From positions 3,681,371 through 3,745,370 of the forward strand of contig MU054338.1 of assembly GCA_013239625.1 (NCBI GenBank): DNA of 64,000 bases. Reading direction: 5' to 3'. Below the pieces are notes generated by a model. It was not told where the DNA came from. It saw nothing but the letters and a program-made list of their open reading frames with translations, and did no database searches. Position 1 is the stretch's first letter. The number at the start of each line of letters is the position of its first letter. This document shows positions 24,113 to 37,530 of the stretch, one piece after another. The position numbers and the translations under genes were made by a program. This DNA comes from Lama guanicoe. Taxonomy: Eukaryota.

Positions 24113-24592
24113 CCCGGGATTCCCGTCTCCGCCAACTACTCCCCACACCGCCGGCGGCTGTAGCGGCTCTAAGCACAAAATGGCGCCGCCAGAGAGGAAA
24201 ACGCACTCGCTTTCTCCCGCCCCGTTTTCCGGCCGCGCATGCGTGCCGCACCTACCAGGGTTCTTAGCAGCAAGCACGCTCGCGTGTCGACCAACCGCAC
24301 GTGCCCCACCACAACGCGCAGGCGCCGTAACTGCAGCACGCATGTGCCCCGGCGGTTCGCGGCGGGAGGCCAGTGAGACTCAACGCGTCTGCGCACAACC
24401 TCCAGGCCTCTCACCACGCATGGGCAGACGCGACAGGGAGCGTCGAACCCGCGCCGGGTGCGCCTGCGCAGAAGAGAGGTGCGCTGGGGCGGCTGAAGCG
24501 GTTCCCTCGCAGGCGGCGCCATTTTGTGCTAGGAGCCGAGGTAAATCCGGCTGGTTCTGTGTGAAGTGGGCGGCGGAGCCAGGGTCCCTGGA

Positions 24593-24781
24593 ATGGCGGA
24601 GACTCTGTCAGGCCTAGGCGATTCGGGTGCGGCGGGCGCAGCGGCTCTGAGCTCCGCCTCGTCGGAGACCGGGACGCGGCGCCTCAGCGATCTGCGGGTG
24701 ATCGATCTGCGGGCGGAGCTGAGGAAACGGAATCTGGACTCGAGCGGCAACAAGAGCGTTTTGATGGAGCGGCTGAAAAAG
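24593..24781 (+). CDS. SAFB: SAFB (SAFB1) coding exon 1 (SAP/SAF box)
   Basis: [63 protein letters not shown]; 189 nt. Confidence 0.97.
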
Positions 24782-27700
24782 GTGGAGCCAGGGCCCTGGG
24801 GGTGGGCAGGAGGTGGGTCGAGGGACCCTCCCCCCGGCCGCAGCGGGGGTCTCCTGGCCTCAGGGTCCGCCCCCGGCCCCGTTTGCGGCCTGCGGGGGGC
24901 CTGGCGCTCGGGGTTTCTCCCGGCTCCTCCCAGGCCCCGGCGGGAGCTCGGAGCCCAGCGCGGCCCAGGTTCAAAGCCCAGCGCCGCTTCGGGAAGAGAG
25001 AAAGAGAAATAGAATCTTGACGCGAACAAGGGAAGTTTCGGGTGACGGGAGACATCGGCCACTGCGCCGAGGGCTTTTTTCGGCTTGTTTCACCCCAGCC
25101 TCTCAAAGTGGACACCGAACCTTGAAATCCTCACTTACTACGCGGCGTTGGGGGACTTGGCCAAGGTCACTCGGCCGGGGAGGGGAGGTCGGGATTTGAA
25201 CCCAGGCCGGCTAATTTCCTGAGCCAGAGCTGGCGGCGGGGATCTCCTCCAGGGAGGTAGATGCTCCTTGATCCGTTAGGGCCTAGAATCCTTGAATAGG
25301 GGGTCAATTTACAAGGTAAACATGTCGAGAAAACATTTAAAGGGGGGAAAAACGGCTTATGGATTTGCCGGCACGGGCTCGCGGAAATAGCATGGGAGGG
25401 AAAGTACTGTTTGTGAGAGCGACCAGAAATGTAGAATACAGTTAGTCTTGAGGACCTAAAGGAAGGCAGAGGGTGGGCTCTGCTGGTCTCAATGGCCCGA
25501 TCTTGAGCATAGAAGACACTTAATCGTCTCTGAGCCTGTTTCTTCTCGTCAGAAGAAAGTAATAGGTCTTTCGTGTTAGGATTAAGTAAGATGGCAACAA
25601 ACGGTCTTGGCGTGTTACCTGGCGCGTGTAAACACTCGAGATACGATCGCTGTCGCAATTCCCTTTTCTCTCGCTGCCATCATTTGTGATTTGCAAGAAG
25701 AGTTCTAGCCCGTACCTTGAAGGGTTCTGGGGGGTGCGTGCGCAAAGCACAGAGTGAAGTAAATGTGTCCTTTTTCTTCACCTGTGCCTGCCGTATCCCT
25801 GTGGCTTCTTTCTTTGCCTTTTTGCTGTCTAGCTCCTCTTGTCTTGGGCTTTCTCCTGCGGAATCTCTCAGCCTCGCCACCTATCCCCGCACCGCCCCCC
25901 CAACCCCTGCAGACAGTGCGGTTTGTGACTCATTCCGCCCTCATGCCTCCCAAGCTGAGGATGGGGTTTTATTTATTAATTGCAATTTAGAGGAAGTAAG
26001 GATTATTTCCTGTTATCTGGAGGAAGCAGCTCAGGCTTGAGAGTGCCGAGTTATTTGACCTGGGTCAGTTAGGCTTTTACTCGAGCCTGTGTTTCTTTCA
26101 CTATGGATACTAACTTCCTTTAGCCAGAATGGACAAGCAATTCATTGACCAAGATGTTTACCTGGAGATGCAAGCCGGGTGACCGTTGGTACCAGGGGAG
26201 ATGTGGCCCGTGTTCTTAGCAGCCACCAGGGCCTCTTATCAACAAAGCCAAATTGGAGGGCTTTATGTTTTCTCCCCGGACAATCTGCAAGCCTGCAATG
26301 CTGATGTGATAGCATTGAATCTTCTTATCAGGCTGAGGGCTGAGACTGGTATGTGGCTTCAGACATCTTCCATCACTGTCATCTCTGAGAGGACAAATCC
26401 ATCCCTTTTTCCTTCTTTTCAGTTTCTTAGGGATGTGCTGACAAAACATAAATGCCATCAGCATATACCCCCATCTCCTACCCTGTCAAGCAAGTCTGGA
26501 AATACGATCTTTTCTCTTCTATGGCTGTCAATCAGATTTTAATTTTTTTCTAGGGAAGGGCAAGAGAGGAAAAGGTGGAGGGAACATACAAGGTTAATTT
26601 GTCGAGGCGTATAAGGATGACTCATAGTCCACAGATCCCCCCAGGGACGACCCTGTAAACACTACACCAGAGGAGACTCGCTGAGGGGCGAACTGGTACC
26701 CTCTTGTCTGGGGTAGTTCTTGTATTCTCCTAGTGGTATTTCAGAATCTTCTGTCCCCCAGGAAGAGAGTGAGGGGCTTTCTGTTCATGCTTTCCTTGAT
26801 CCCAGGGCAGAACTCCAGTTCTTCCTTGTTCTGGCTTTATAGAGAAGGGAGAGGTTTTCTTTGGTCCTGATACAGGTTAGGTGTGGAGCCATCAGGTCCT
26901 ATTCTAAATTTAGACTTCACTAAGCTGGAAACTCCTGAGAATCTTTGAAACTTCTGAAACTGCCTACAAATAAAACAGTATTTGAAATGGGTTTAAACAG
27001 AACTTACGTTCACCGGACAGTCCAGTAGAGAGAAAGGGTTATCAATAAAATCTAAACATGAAGCCCAATATGTAAGGATGTCAGCATTGACGTGTTGGGT
27101 ACTCCTGCCACCCCCACAGTGTCTCCTTGGTACCTGGCACAGTGCTGAGCATGGGTGGGGGCTTTTCAAGTGACAGACTCTTTGTGTGGAACTTGCCAAG
27201 AAGCCATATACTTCTGTATCCTATGAAGCAGGTCACTTAGTGGTTGAGAGTAAGACCGTTGGAGTCATAGATACGTGTGATGGGATAAGGTAATACATAT
27301 CATGTCCCCTCCCACGTTACGCACAGCAGGAACTCAGCCAGCAAGTGCTAGTATTCAGTCCAGGCAGTGCTGAGTACAGGTGTGGCATGGAGAGGGGGTC
27401 AGAGCGGGTCAAACAGCACATTGTTGGGTGAAGTTATAGGTAATTGGAGAGAGTGCCTTTCCTTTTTTGAGTTCCTTTGGGCCCAGAAATAAAATGAATC
27501 AGATTGTGGTGATAATACTAAAAAATAAGCCTAATGTTTGGTGAGTGCTTGCTTTACATCGATAAGAATTTTCACAACAGCCTTCCAGGGTAAGAACTTT
27601 TATTAGTACTATGTCCCAGAGTAAAAAACAAACTCAGCAATTAAGTAAGCCCGCGTAAGACCATGCAGCTAAGATCTGGTAGAGTCAGTCTGACTCCAGA

Positions 27701-27846
27701 GCCCTTGCTTCAATGTAGAGAAAGAACTAGCAAACAAATGAACAGGTGGAGAGAGGCCCTTTCCAGATCAGCAACCTACAGCTTCTGTGAAAGTCAAGTC
27801 TGTGTGCTGCTTTGTTGGGTGAACTTTCTTTTTACCTTCCCTTTAG

Positions 27847-27931
27847 GCAATTGAAGATGAAGGAGGTAATCCTGATGAAATTGAAATTACCTCTGAAGGA
27901 AACAAGAAGACATCAAAAAGATCCAGCAAAG
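27847..27931 (+). CDS. SAFB: SAFB coding exon 2
   Basis: AIEDEGGNPDEIEITSEGNKKTSKRSSK; 85 nt. Confidence 0.94.
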
Positions 27932-29626
27932 GTATTTTATAAGCATTGCTAATGTGAAGAGCTGCTTTCAAAACTAACTTCATCTGTTAAATGGCTGTGA
28001 ACTGCCCTGTGAATCAAAAGGGCCTTGGATGGAGGTTTGCATTTTCTTTCAAGATCTTTCCACTGTATTCTTTTTCCATGGTACTTGGGAATTCAGAAGA
28101 TGGATGGGGTATTTGTACCTCTGCTCATTTTCTTCTGTAGTGTTCTTAGCAGCTTTTCCTTATCCAGACCCTTAACTTTCCTTAAGTAGAGAGTGTTTAG
28201 GACTACTTGAGTCTCCTGTTGGTCTGATGTGTGGGAAATAACTTCCCTTTTAAATATCACCTGCCAAAACAGAGTTGTCACTTTTACAGACATAACTTTT
28301 AAAAACTGCCTACTGGATAAAAGCCAAATTCTACATGATGTTAATGATCCTCACCATCTGCCCCAAACCTTCCCTTCCCACTTCCTCCCCCACCACCTTC
28401 CTCTGTTTCATTCACCTTTAATCAGGTCCCACACCTGTAGTTTACTTCCTTGGCCCTCTGAGCCTTAGCCTATGTGCTCCACCCACTCCTCTTTCTCATC
28501 TGTCTGCATTCAAGTCCTTGTTCATCAGGAGACAATCTCTTGATCCCACCAGTAGCAGCCCTTCTCTCCTGAGGTCCCCTGCACTGCTGTGGCCTAGTTC
28601 CTGATACAAGTTTTAACATTTATGTCATCCTGCCTTATGTCATAATCAGATTGTTGAGGACATGGGCTGTGTCTTCCTTGTCTTTCTTCTGGCTTAGTAT
28701 TTACTCATTGAATTACTAATTTAATTCAGTGACACATTTCAACTACTGTTTTAAGAAAGAATCAACTAAAACTAGGCATTTGGACTAGTCTGAAAGTTCT
28801 CTTGGCAACTGGAGGCTTTGTTGTTCTGCCCCAGACCAAATGAAATATTCATGTTGCTTGGCCAGTGGTGGAGAATTGGGTGTGAAATATCTAGAGGCAA
28901 GCACTGATGTCAGCTGCATTGGGGTACAAGCTCTGAGAGAGCAGCAGTCAGTGATGTCCCTTTGGAATGAAGTCACTTCTGTGGCCCACACACAGTACAT
29001 CGTGCATTTTTGGCTTTGCCCAAGCAAAGATTACTAAAAAATCAACAGAGACAATCATGGCAGGGGTGCAGGGGGAACAGTTCGTGGATCTCTTTTTCTG
29101 CTTTTTTCCCCCTTTTAATAGGAAAAGAAATACTTGTACTAAGGTTTTTAGAAATACAACTATGCATTAAGTAAAATGTTGAAATTCCTTACCATTCAAG
29201 AGGCAACACGTTATTAAAAGTGTGGGCATATTTTCCAGACTTTTCTGTGTGTTTGCAGTCACCTAAAAATAAATACAGAAAAATGTGGGCACACCTACGT
29301 ATATTTTTCTCTACTATACAAAATATTTGCTAATTTGCTTTTTTCTCTTAGCATTTTTAAGGACATTTTTCCACAGTGCTGAAAATAAAAAGACCTCATT
29401 CTTTAACAGCCAAGTAGTAATCCTTCATATGATTGTACCACAGTTGAGCTCATCAGTCTCCTTATTACTGGACGGTTGAGGTTCATTCCAGTTTTCACTT
29501 GACATTTCCAGTTTTCAGCGTTCCCATGAACCAGGAATATCTTCACTAAAGGAATATGTTTTAGTTAACTTTGTAGAATTCTAGGGTCAAAGGATATGTG
29601 CATTTTATTTTAAAAACAGCTACTCA

Positions 29627-29745
29627 CAGGGAGGGTATAGCTCAAGTGGTGGAGCACATGCTTAGTATGCAGGAGGTCCTGGTTCAGTCCCCAGTACCTC
29701 CTGTGAAAAATAAATAAATAAACCTAATTACCTCCCCCCACCAAA
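29627..29745 (+). mobile_element. tRNA-derived SINE
   Basis: GGGAGGGTATAGCTCAAGTGG...AATAAATAAATAAACCTAATTACCTCCCCC. Confidence 0.85.
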
Positions 29746-30829
29746 AAAATTTTTTAAAAAGTGGAGTTACTAACAAATTGCTCTCCAGCAGGCTATACTG
29801 GTTAATATCTGCCAACATTAGGGGCAGGGGAGGGTGCCTGTTCCTTTAAACTCTCACTTACCACTGAATATTATCTTTTAAAATGTTGCCTCATAGAAGT
29901 ATTTCGTAGGATTTATCTGAATTTTCCCACAGGTAAAGTTTCCATTGACATTTCTTCACAAATTGCGTAGTTTCTAATGTTTGGCCATCTGTATTTTCTG
30001 AATTGCCTTTTCATGCCCTTTGCCCATTTTTCTGCTGGATTGTTGACCTTATTGGCTTTGAGGACTTTCTCTATATAAATTGTCACAATTGTTTTTTCCC
30101 AGTCTGTCATTTGACTTAACTTGTTTATAATGTTTTGGTCATTAAAGCTTTAATATTTAATACTAACACATGCAGCACAGTCAACTTGTTCTGTACGGCT
30201 GCTAGATTTTATGTTGTATTTTTAAAGGCCCTCCTTTGCTTTGAAGTTATCTTTAAAAATCATTCTGCGTTATACAGTAGTATTTATGGTTTTGTTTTGA
30301 ATTCACTTGGAATTTTTGCATATGAGATGTGGTAAGTAGGTATCAAAATACGGAGCATTTTTGTCAGGTTCCTCGTTCCCTTGCCCAGTCACACTCCGTA
30401 TCAGTTCCCTCACCCCCCCAGCAAAAATTGTATTTACTTTGACTGTAGATTAGTTTTGCCTATTCTAGAACTTCATGTGAAATAGAACCGGTTCAAGACA
30501 AACTCTTTTTGTGTCTGGTTTCTTATGCTTAGTATAATTCTGTTCTGGAGTTTTTACAGAACATTTTGACACTTGATAGGGCAATGTAAGTTGTACTGAA
30601 TTATTTACAACTACCTTACTAGATTTTATTATGATTTTAACTGAAAATAGGGTGGGATTTTTTTTGTTTTGGAGGTTTTTTTGTTTGTTTGTTTGTTTTT
30701 GCCTGTTTGAACAGGTTCAAATGGTTTGAAATCTAATTATTTTAATCAGAATCCTAGAAAGCATACCTCAGGTAATCTCAGCATTCCTCCAGAGTAGTTT
30801 TACGCCAATACTTTGTTTAGCAGAATCTT

Positions 30830-30972
30830 TTTTTTTTTTAATTTTTTTAATTGGAGGGAGGTAATTAGGTTCACCTATTTACTTATTTTTAGAGGAACTA
30901 CTGGGAATTAAACCCAAGTGGCTCTATATGTCAAACATGAACTCTACCACTTGAGCCATATCCTCTGCCCCC
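30830..30972 (-). mobile_element. tRNA-derived SINE
   Basis: Reverse complement of the same family (GGAGGTAATTAGG...CTCTACCACTTGAGC); poly(T) at left. Confidence 0.8.
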
Positions 30973-31419
30973 AGCAAGATCTTTTGAAATAATTATCAGA
31001 AATGTAATTTAGCTAGAAAAGCTAAGTCAGCATGTTTGCTTTTTAAGCTATTGCCTGATCCTGTGTTGCTGGGTTGTTTTGTTTCTTTTGACATGATTTC
31101 ATACTTAGAAAAGATGCAAGAATAACATAAGAAATTCTCATATACCCTTCATCCAGATTCCTCAAATGTTTATAACATTTGTTTTGTTGTCCTTTTCCTT
31201 TCTCCCCCTCCCTCCCTCCCTCCATCACCCCATAATATACTTTTTTTCCTTGAATTGAGGATAAGTTGCAGGCATGTACCCTTTTGCCTCTACGTACTAC
31301 AGTATTTTCTAAAAGCAAGAACATTAGATAACCAGAGTGAACCAAAATCAGGCAGTTAGTATTAATATAATACTATTATCTAAGCTTAGGCTTTATTTAG
31401 ATTTAGTTGTTTGTTCCAG

Positions 31420-31628
31420 TAATGGTCTTCATAACTCAAAGTGAGAAAAAATCCATGAAAATGGAAATGCATGAAATGCAGAAAAATGTCATGCATGGCA
31501 TTCAGTTGTCGTGTCTTTTTGGTTTCCTTTAATACTCAATAATGGTCTTCATAACTCAAAGTGAGAAAAAATCCAGGGTCATGCATGGCATTCAGTTGTC
31601 GTGTCTTTTTGGTTTCCTTTAATACTCA
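31420..31628. repeat. Tandem duplication (~89-bp unit; first copy carries a 32-nt insert)
   Basis: AATGGTCTTCATAACTC...TTTAATACTCA occurs at 31421 and 31541. Confidence 0.9.
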
Positions 31629-32070
31629 GTAGTTCCTGAGACTTTCTTTGTATTCATGACATTATCACGTTCATGTCATTTTTTGAACATTTAGTTTCTG
31701 GCACAAGAGGGTATTCCAATGTCTTGTTCTTTTCCTTCCTCACACTGGGAATCAGCCGTTTCTTCCTTCCAGGTGCCCTCCTTGTTTCTGCAGAGTGGTA
31801 CTGTACTCTTTGCTACTGGGATATCAACTCCTCAGCCAGTGCTGGGTCTGTAAGGTCTTTTGGGCTCAATGTGTTTCAAGAAATTAACTACTGGTAAAGC
31901 AATCTGAAGTAAGCCAATGACAGCTTAAGAAATGCAAATAAATATGTAAATAAATAAAATCGTAGCTAATATGAACAGTGTACCTGCGAAACTCTCTAGC
32001 TAGCTAAAAATGTTCATCACTTGAGTCTCTTGTATTTTTGAGGTGGCAGTGCAGATATATCATCTGCAAG

Positions 32071-32433
32071 TCAAAGACTTAAGGTCTTGAGAGAGAACAT
32101 TAAAGACACAGTATTCTTAAATAATAAGTAAAGCTGAAAAGAAATATTCAAGACCTGTGACATGACTAATTTTGAGAAAGTTCCTAGATGCTCAAAGACT
32201 TAAGGTCTTGAGAGAGAACATTAAAGACACAGTATTCTTAAATAATAAGTAAAGCTGAAAAGAAATATTCAAGACCTGTGACATGACTAATTTTGAGAAA
32301 GTTCCTAGATGCTCAAAGACTTAAGGTCTTGAGAGAGAACATTAAAGACACAGTATTCTTAAATAATAAGTAAAGCTGAAAAGAAATATTCAAGACCTGT
32401 GACATGACTAATTTTGAGAAAGTTCCTAGATGC
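32071..32433. repeat. Perfect tandem triplication of a 121-bp unit
   Basis: Units start at 32071, 32192 and 32313 (TCAAAGACTTAAGG...CCTAGATGC); no differences seen. Confidence 0.95.
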
Positions 32434-32449
32434 GATGACTTGATACCAG

Positions 32450-33470
32450 AAAGTTGTCAGTTCCCCTCAAATTAACCTAAAAAGAAACTTTGAAATTTGT
32501 CTGATCTAAAATTAATCAAAAAGAAAATACACAAGAAGAACTAAAATGAAAAAAAAAGTGATGCACACTTGCCCTCATTTTAATGGTAGGATATTGGAAA
32601 CTTGGAGAGTTTTAGGATTTGTTCATTCTAAAGGAAGCACTAAAGATTTTTTCAGTAAGTGATGTTGAAACAATTACTATCTGATGGTGGTGAAAAGCTC
32701 TATTACCTTCTTCCATGCAAAACAGAAATTCCAGCTAGAATAGTGCTTTTGTAATGTAGTGGTAAGGAAGGACTGAAATAAGACTTAAAAAAAAGAAATT
32801 ATAAAGGAAAATAAATTTGGCTACATAAAAGTTTTAAACCTCTCTTAATAAAAGACACCATAAATAAGATACAACAGCTGGAAGAAAATATTACAGCATA
32901 TAAATATCTAGAAAGCATTGAATAGTCTCACAAATTAATAAGGAAAATAGACATGAGCCAGTTGACAAAGAGCAGACCATGAATAGGCAATTCACAAATA
33001 AAAGGAAAAACAAGCATAGCCATATACAAAAAAAAGATTTCCTTGCTATAAATTGAAGGAAAGCAAATAAAAGTAATAAAATATCATTTTTGCCTATTAC
33101 AATAGTAAAAACTTACACAGTTCTCAATGCTCCAGATTGGCAAGAGTGTGAGGAAATAGGTAGCTATTGGAGATGGTAAATTAATAAAGCTTATTTGCGG
33201 GGTGGGTAACTGAACTGAGGAAAGGAACTCTATAGTACAGAATAAAAGGTATAAGTGGAGCGATACATAGTGCAAGAGAATATTCCAAGGCCTTTATTGA
33301 GTAACAAAAGCAAATTACAGGATGTATATACGATATGATCCCATTACATAGTTAATTCTGCTTTGTAGGATATTCGTATGTAAATGCCCAAAAAAATGTT
33401 TTGAGGGACCACCAAGCTGATAACAGTGGTTACTTCTTAGAAGTGCAATGGGGAGAAGAGAGAGTAGCTT
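32450..33470 (+). mobile_element. Degraded L1 fragments
   Basis: A-rich with decayed L1 ORF2/3' motifs (GAATAGGCAATTCACA); edges approximate. Confidence 0.5.
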
Positions 33471-35569
33471 TTTTCATGATTTATGAAGGTGAATCTTTTA
33501 TTAGTAAAGTAAAATTTACAGTGAAATGGTGTGAATCTTTTGATGAGTGTATTTGTATAACTGTGTGAATGTGTTTATGGAATCAGATTTTTAAACAATA
33601 TTAACCCACCCACATGTGGCAGGCTACAAGGGGTACAGGGGCAGGGTGAGGAGAGGAATCCCAGAAGTCCACAGAGAGGTGGTCTGCCGGGTGAGTTTGG
33701 ACATAATCACTGAGGCAGAAGCTTAACAGGAAGAAGAAACAGAGTCCCAGGCAAGGGTGCTGGGAGCAGGTTATGGAGGCAGGAACTGAGCAAGGCCTGT
33801 AGTTTGGAGGTTGCAAACAATGATGGCGTTTTATGCTGTGTGGGAGGGACTTGAGGGGCACCTTTTCCCTTAGTACCAAAGACGGTCACTTTAGTTTTTG
33901 CCAGAGTGATATTTCTCATTCACATTAATTTTGGATTAAATACATTGTTTTTTGTCTTTGGAAAATAGGGTATCTTTCCCCAGATAGTGATTGTTGATAA
34001 GCATCCCAGTGAGGGGTATGTTTTCTATATGGAAGACTAAACATTCTTAGAACTGCATATTCTCTTGGCATTTCTGGTCAGGTCATTTCTTACCTGGAGA
34101 GTTCTCCCCTGGAAGGAATTTGGGCTGCAGTGTACCTGTGCTTACTGCTTAAGAGTTGGATGTAAAAGTGGAGAACCCTGACTCTGCCTGATGAAAACCT
34201 GCTATCTTTCTTGTGAAAGGGTGAAAGACAGCATAAAGGGTGGCAAGTGTATGGTAGTCTACTTTGATTTTTCCTAGTAACTAGGATGGAATTGGACAAA
34301 AATCAGTGTGCATGCTCTAGAATGGTACCAGCTTTATCAAATACAATAAATCTGTGGAAATGCTGTTAGTGTATCTTTGTGGCATATTGGCAGACCACTG
34401 GATTGAGTTCCAGATATTTTTTTGAAGCTCAAGGCATGTTTTGCCATAGGGATATTATAAAATGGTAAAAGAATTCCCAGCCAGCCACCAAGGCTATTTG
34501 CACATAATGTATTGCATTCTAGTAGTGTCACGATCCCCTATGTTCCTAAATAAAGATATTCCTAAAAATGTGAGTGAAATTAGAATATGGAAAAATCAGG
34601 TAACACACGTTATAAGGAAATTTTTATCCCTGAGAGAGGTTTTTTAAAAAGCCTGTGTTATGATATAAATGATTAAGCTTTAGCTTTTTATCTCCCTGCC
34701 AACCCTGCCATGTTACACATTCTGTATACACTTACTAGAGTAATCATTAAATATAGGCAAATTAATGTCTGTTTCTCTTATATTAATTGAAAAGCATTCG
34801 GTAGCCTTAAATTGATCTTCGTTTTGAGGGAAAAGGCCTTGCAGGAAGTGAGTCTTCCTAAGGTTGTGCAGCTGAGGAAGGTGGCTGGTTAGCATCCCTT
34901 TCCACATCTTCCTGATACAGAGGAGCCATAGGAAGCACGTCTCTGACAGTAGGTCCAAGACACGTAAACTTAACTGCACTACATTCTGATTTTGAGACAT
35001 CTCCACAGTGTATTTCATATAATTCACAAGTGTGATTTTTATCCTTCACACTGAAAATAGTCAATCAGGTTGATTCTGGCAAGCCTGCTCTTGAGATCAG
35101 CAGTTTCATTTTGCTGTAATTTTTTCATTTTTGCCATACCTAATGATTTCTAATTTTACTTCAGCTCTATTGTTTCTATTATCATTTATAGTTTTCTATG
35201 TTTTACTCATTTGATTTATATAAAAAATAAAGGCAGATGCCCACCTAAATACTACTTTTCGGATAAAAATGCCAGCATACCTGCCTACTGTGAACTCTTG
35301 GTTCCAGAACAGATTGTGAATGTTATAAAATAACCTGTTAGCAAGAAAAATTAAGAGGTCAGGCTGGATGTGGGGAGTTAGAGGAAATGATTTCATTTTT
35401 CAAAACAGAGTCAAACTTGTCTATAAAGTGAAATTTGAGTCTACAAATGTATCCAGCTTCTTAATGTTATTCATTGTTTTTGTTGCTCTTAAATCACTAG
35501 CCTCTTCAAGAAGAACCTGAAGTTAAGCCGTTCTTTCCAGTTCCCTTTCCTTCTAGTTAATCCCAGTAT

Positions 35570-36560
35570 TTTATGTCAAAAAAATAAATAGTGCTGTGTA
35601 ATTAAAACTGGAACAAGCATAACAGATCAGTGGAAGGGAATAGAAACTTTCAATAGGGAGATGAAAAAATACAGTAACAAGACCAACATTTCAAATCAGC
35701 AAGGGGGAAAGATCAGTAAATGGTGTTGGGTGATCAATTTCCAGATGGGACAACCATTTGGAAAATAGTCTTACTCAGCAGGAAACTGAAAGAGTCAAAT
35801 GTTAGAATGAAAACTGGAAAAGAACTAAATATAGGTGATTATTTATGTAGTCTTGGTGTGGAGATGGGCTTCTAAACATGAAGGTAGAAACCATCTACCC
35901 ACATAATCTGATTAATGGCTTTGGCTGCATGACAACAAAACTTAACCCAAAACCCAGAAACAAAACTAAAAGATTGATGAAGAGCTGGGAGGAAATATCT
36001 GTTGTGTATATGACATACAAACGTAAGATAAGAAATGGAACAGAGGTTTTTAAATCGGGGAAGGATATAAATGAGACATTTTTACAAATGGGCAAGTGAT
36101 CCACCAAAAAAAATGGAATCAAAGCAGTGATATGATAACTTCAGGTAAAAACAAGTACTCCTTTTTTTGCCTAGCACATTGGCAAAGGTAAAGAAATAGC
36201 TGGTTTTAAGAAAGATTCAGAAAAATTGGCACTTTTATTCACCATTGATGTAACTATGAATTGAAACAACCTTCCCCTGGGTTATCTTAATAATATGTGG
36301 GGTGTTTTTCTTTATAATAAAAGACTTTAAAATGTACATACTCTTTTTCCTGATTGTGCCATTTATAGGAATATGTCCTAAGATGACAATTACCTATGTG
36401 CAAAAAATAATTACCGGATGTTCATTTTTAAATTTTCATCTGTAGGTACTAATTAGATCAATGATAGTATCTCCGTTTAATGCTCAAAAAAATACAGAAA
36501 GATGTTCACAAAATGTTAAATGAAAAGGTTATAAAATGGGAGGACAGTGTCATTTTTAAA
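35570..36560 (+). mobile_element. Degraded L1 fragments
   Basis: ACAGATCAGTGGAAGGGAATAGAAA and AGTAAATGGTGTTGGG L1 ORF2-like motifs; edges approximate. Confidence 0.55.
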
Positions 36561-36831
36561 AGCAAAGTACACGTACGTATGCAAAGCAAAATGTGGGAGG
36601 GTATCTGTATGCCACGTGTGGTGGCTCAAGAGCTAACTCTAATGGTAAAATTATGAAAGGCTTTTTTTTTCTTTTTTGTTTTCCTTTTATGTCATTATCT
36701 CTGAGGGGAACATGTTCCACGTTCTTAAACTAAAAAGCAGCACATTTGTGTGAGATACTCTTCTTTCCACAACCAAAGGCCCTTAAGAAGGGCAGGCCTG
36801 AAAAAAGTCTCGTCTTCTCTCCACCATTTCC

Positions 36832-36927
36832 CGGGGGCTGGGTGTAGCTCAGCAGCAGAGCGCGTGCTTAGCACACACCAGGTCCTGGGGTCAATCTCCA
36901 GTACCTCCATTGGAAAAAAAAAAAAAA
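36832..36927 (+). mobile_element. tRNA-derived SINE with short TSD
   Basis: GTGTAGCTCAGC...GGTCAATCTCCAGTACCTCC plus poly(A); flanked by CCATTTCC on both sides. Confidence 0.85.
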
Positions 36928-37179
36928 GAATCCATTTCCAGCCCCTCATACTTCCACAGCCCCTTGATAAGGAAAGAACTGCTTCTACTTGGAGGTAGTA
37001 GGAGGGCCTGTCTTGTCCAGAACGGCCCCACTGTTCCTGGGTTCCGGTGTTCCTAAATTGGGAAGTGCTGCAGGTGTTTAGGTTTCTTATTTCTGTAGTG
37101 CTTAGGGCCTAAGAAAGTGAAAGTTGTCACTTCTGGAAAATGCATATCATTGATCTCATGCTATAAATTATTCCTCCAG

Positions 37180-37244
37180 GGCGCAAACCAGAAGAAGAGG
37201 GTGTGGAAGATAATGGGCTAGAGGAAAATTCTGGGGATGGACAG
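37180..37244 (+). CDS. SAFB: SAFB coding exon 3
   Basis: RKPEEEGVEDNGLEENSGDGQ; 65 nt. Confidence 0.94.
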
Positions 37245-37323
37245 GTATGTGCAGCCTTGTCAGTGAGTCAGCTGGGTGCATGGACCCATGACAGTCATCT
37301 GATGGTTGTATTTTGTGTAACAG

Positions 37324-37530
37324 GAGGACGTTGAGACCAGTTTGGAGAACTTGCAGGACATCGACATGATGGATATCAGTGTGTTGGATGAAGCAGAAAT
37401 CGATAATGGAAGCGTTGCAGACTGTGTAGAAGACGATGATGCTGATAATCTCCCGGAGTCCCTGTCTGACAGTAGAGAGCTAGTCGAGGGAGAAATGAAG
37501 GAGCTTCCTGAGCCGCTGCAAGAACATGCT
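37324..37530 (+). CDS. SAFB: SAFB coding exon 4
   Basis: EDVETSLENLQDIDMMDISVLDEAEIDNGSVADC...ELPEPLQEHA; 207 nt. Confidence 0.94.

Larger units (their letters stand above)
23750..25250. promoter_or_regulatory. CpG island / bidirectional promoter shared by SAFB2 and SAFB
   Basis: Very CpG-rich; the two ATGs (24112 minus, 24593 plus) are ~480 bp apart; NRF1-like GCGCATGCG (~24235) and TGCGCCTGCGCA (~24459); YY1-type CGCCATTTT in both 5' leaders; island edges approximate. Confidence 0.92.

Noticed and set aside
23690..25199. Many long overlapping ORFs around the promoter
   Set aside because: Expected from stop-codon scarcity in a GC-rich island; only the two SAP-domain exons have splice and homology support
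32071..32433. Regular repeat as a CRISPR array
   Set aside because: Units are 121 bp and contiguous with no unique spacers; eukaryotic intron; no cas genes
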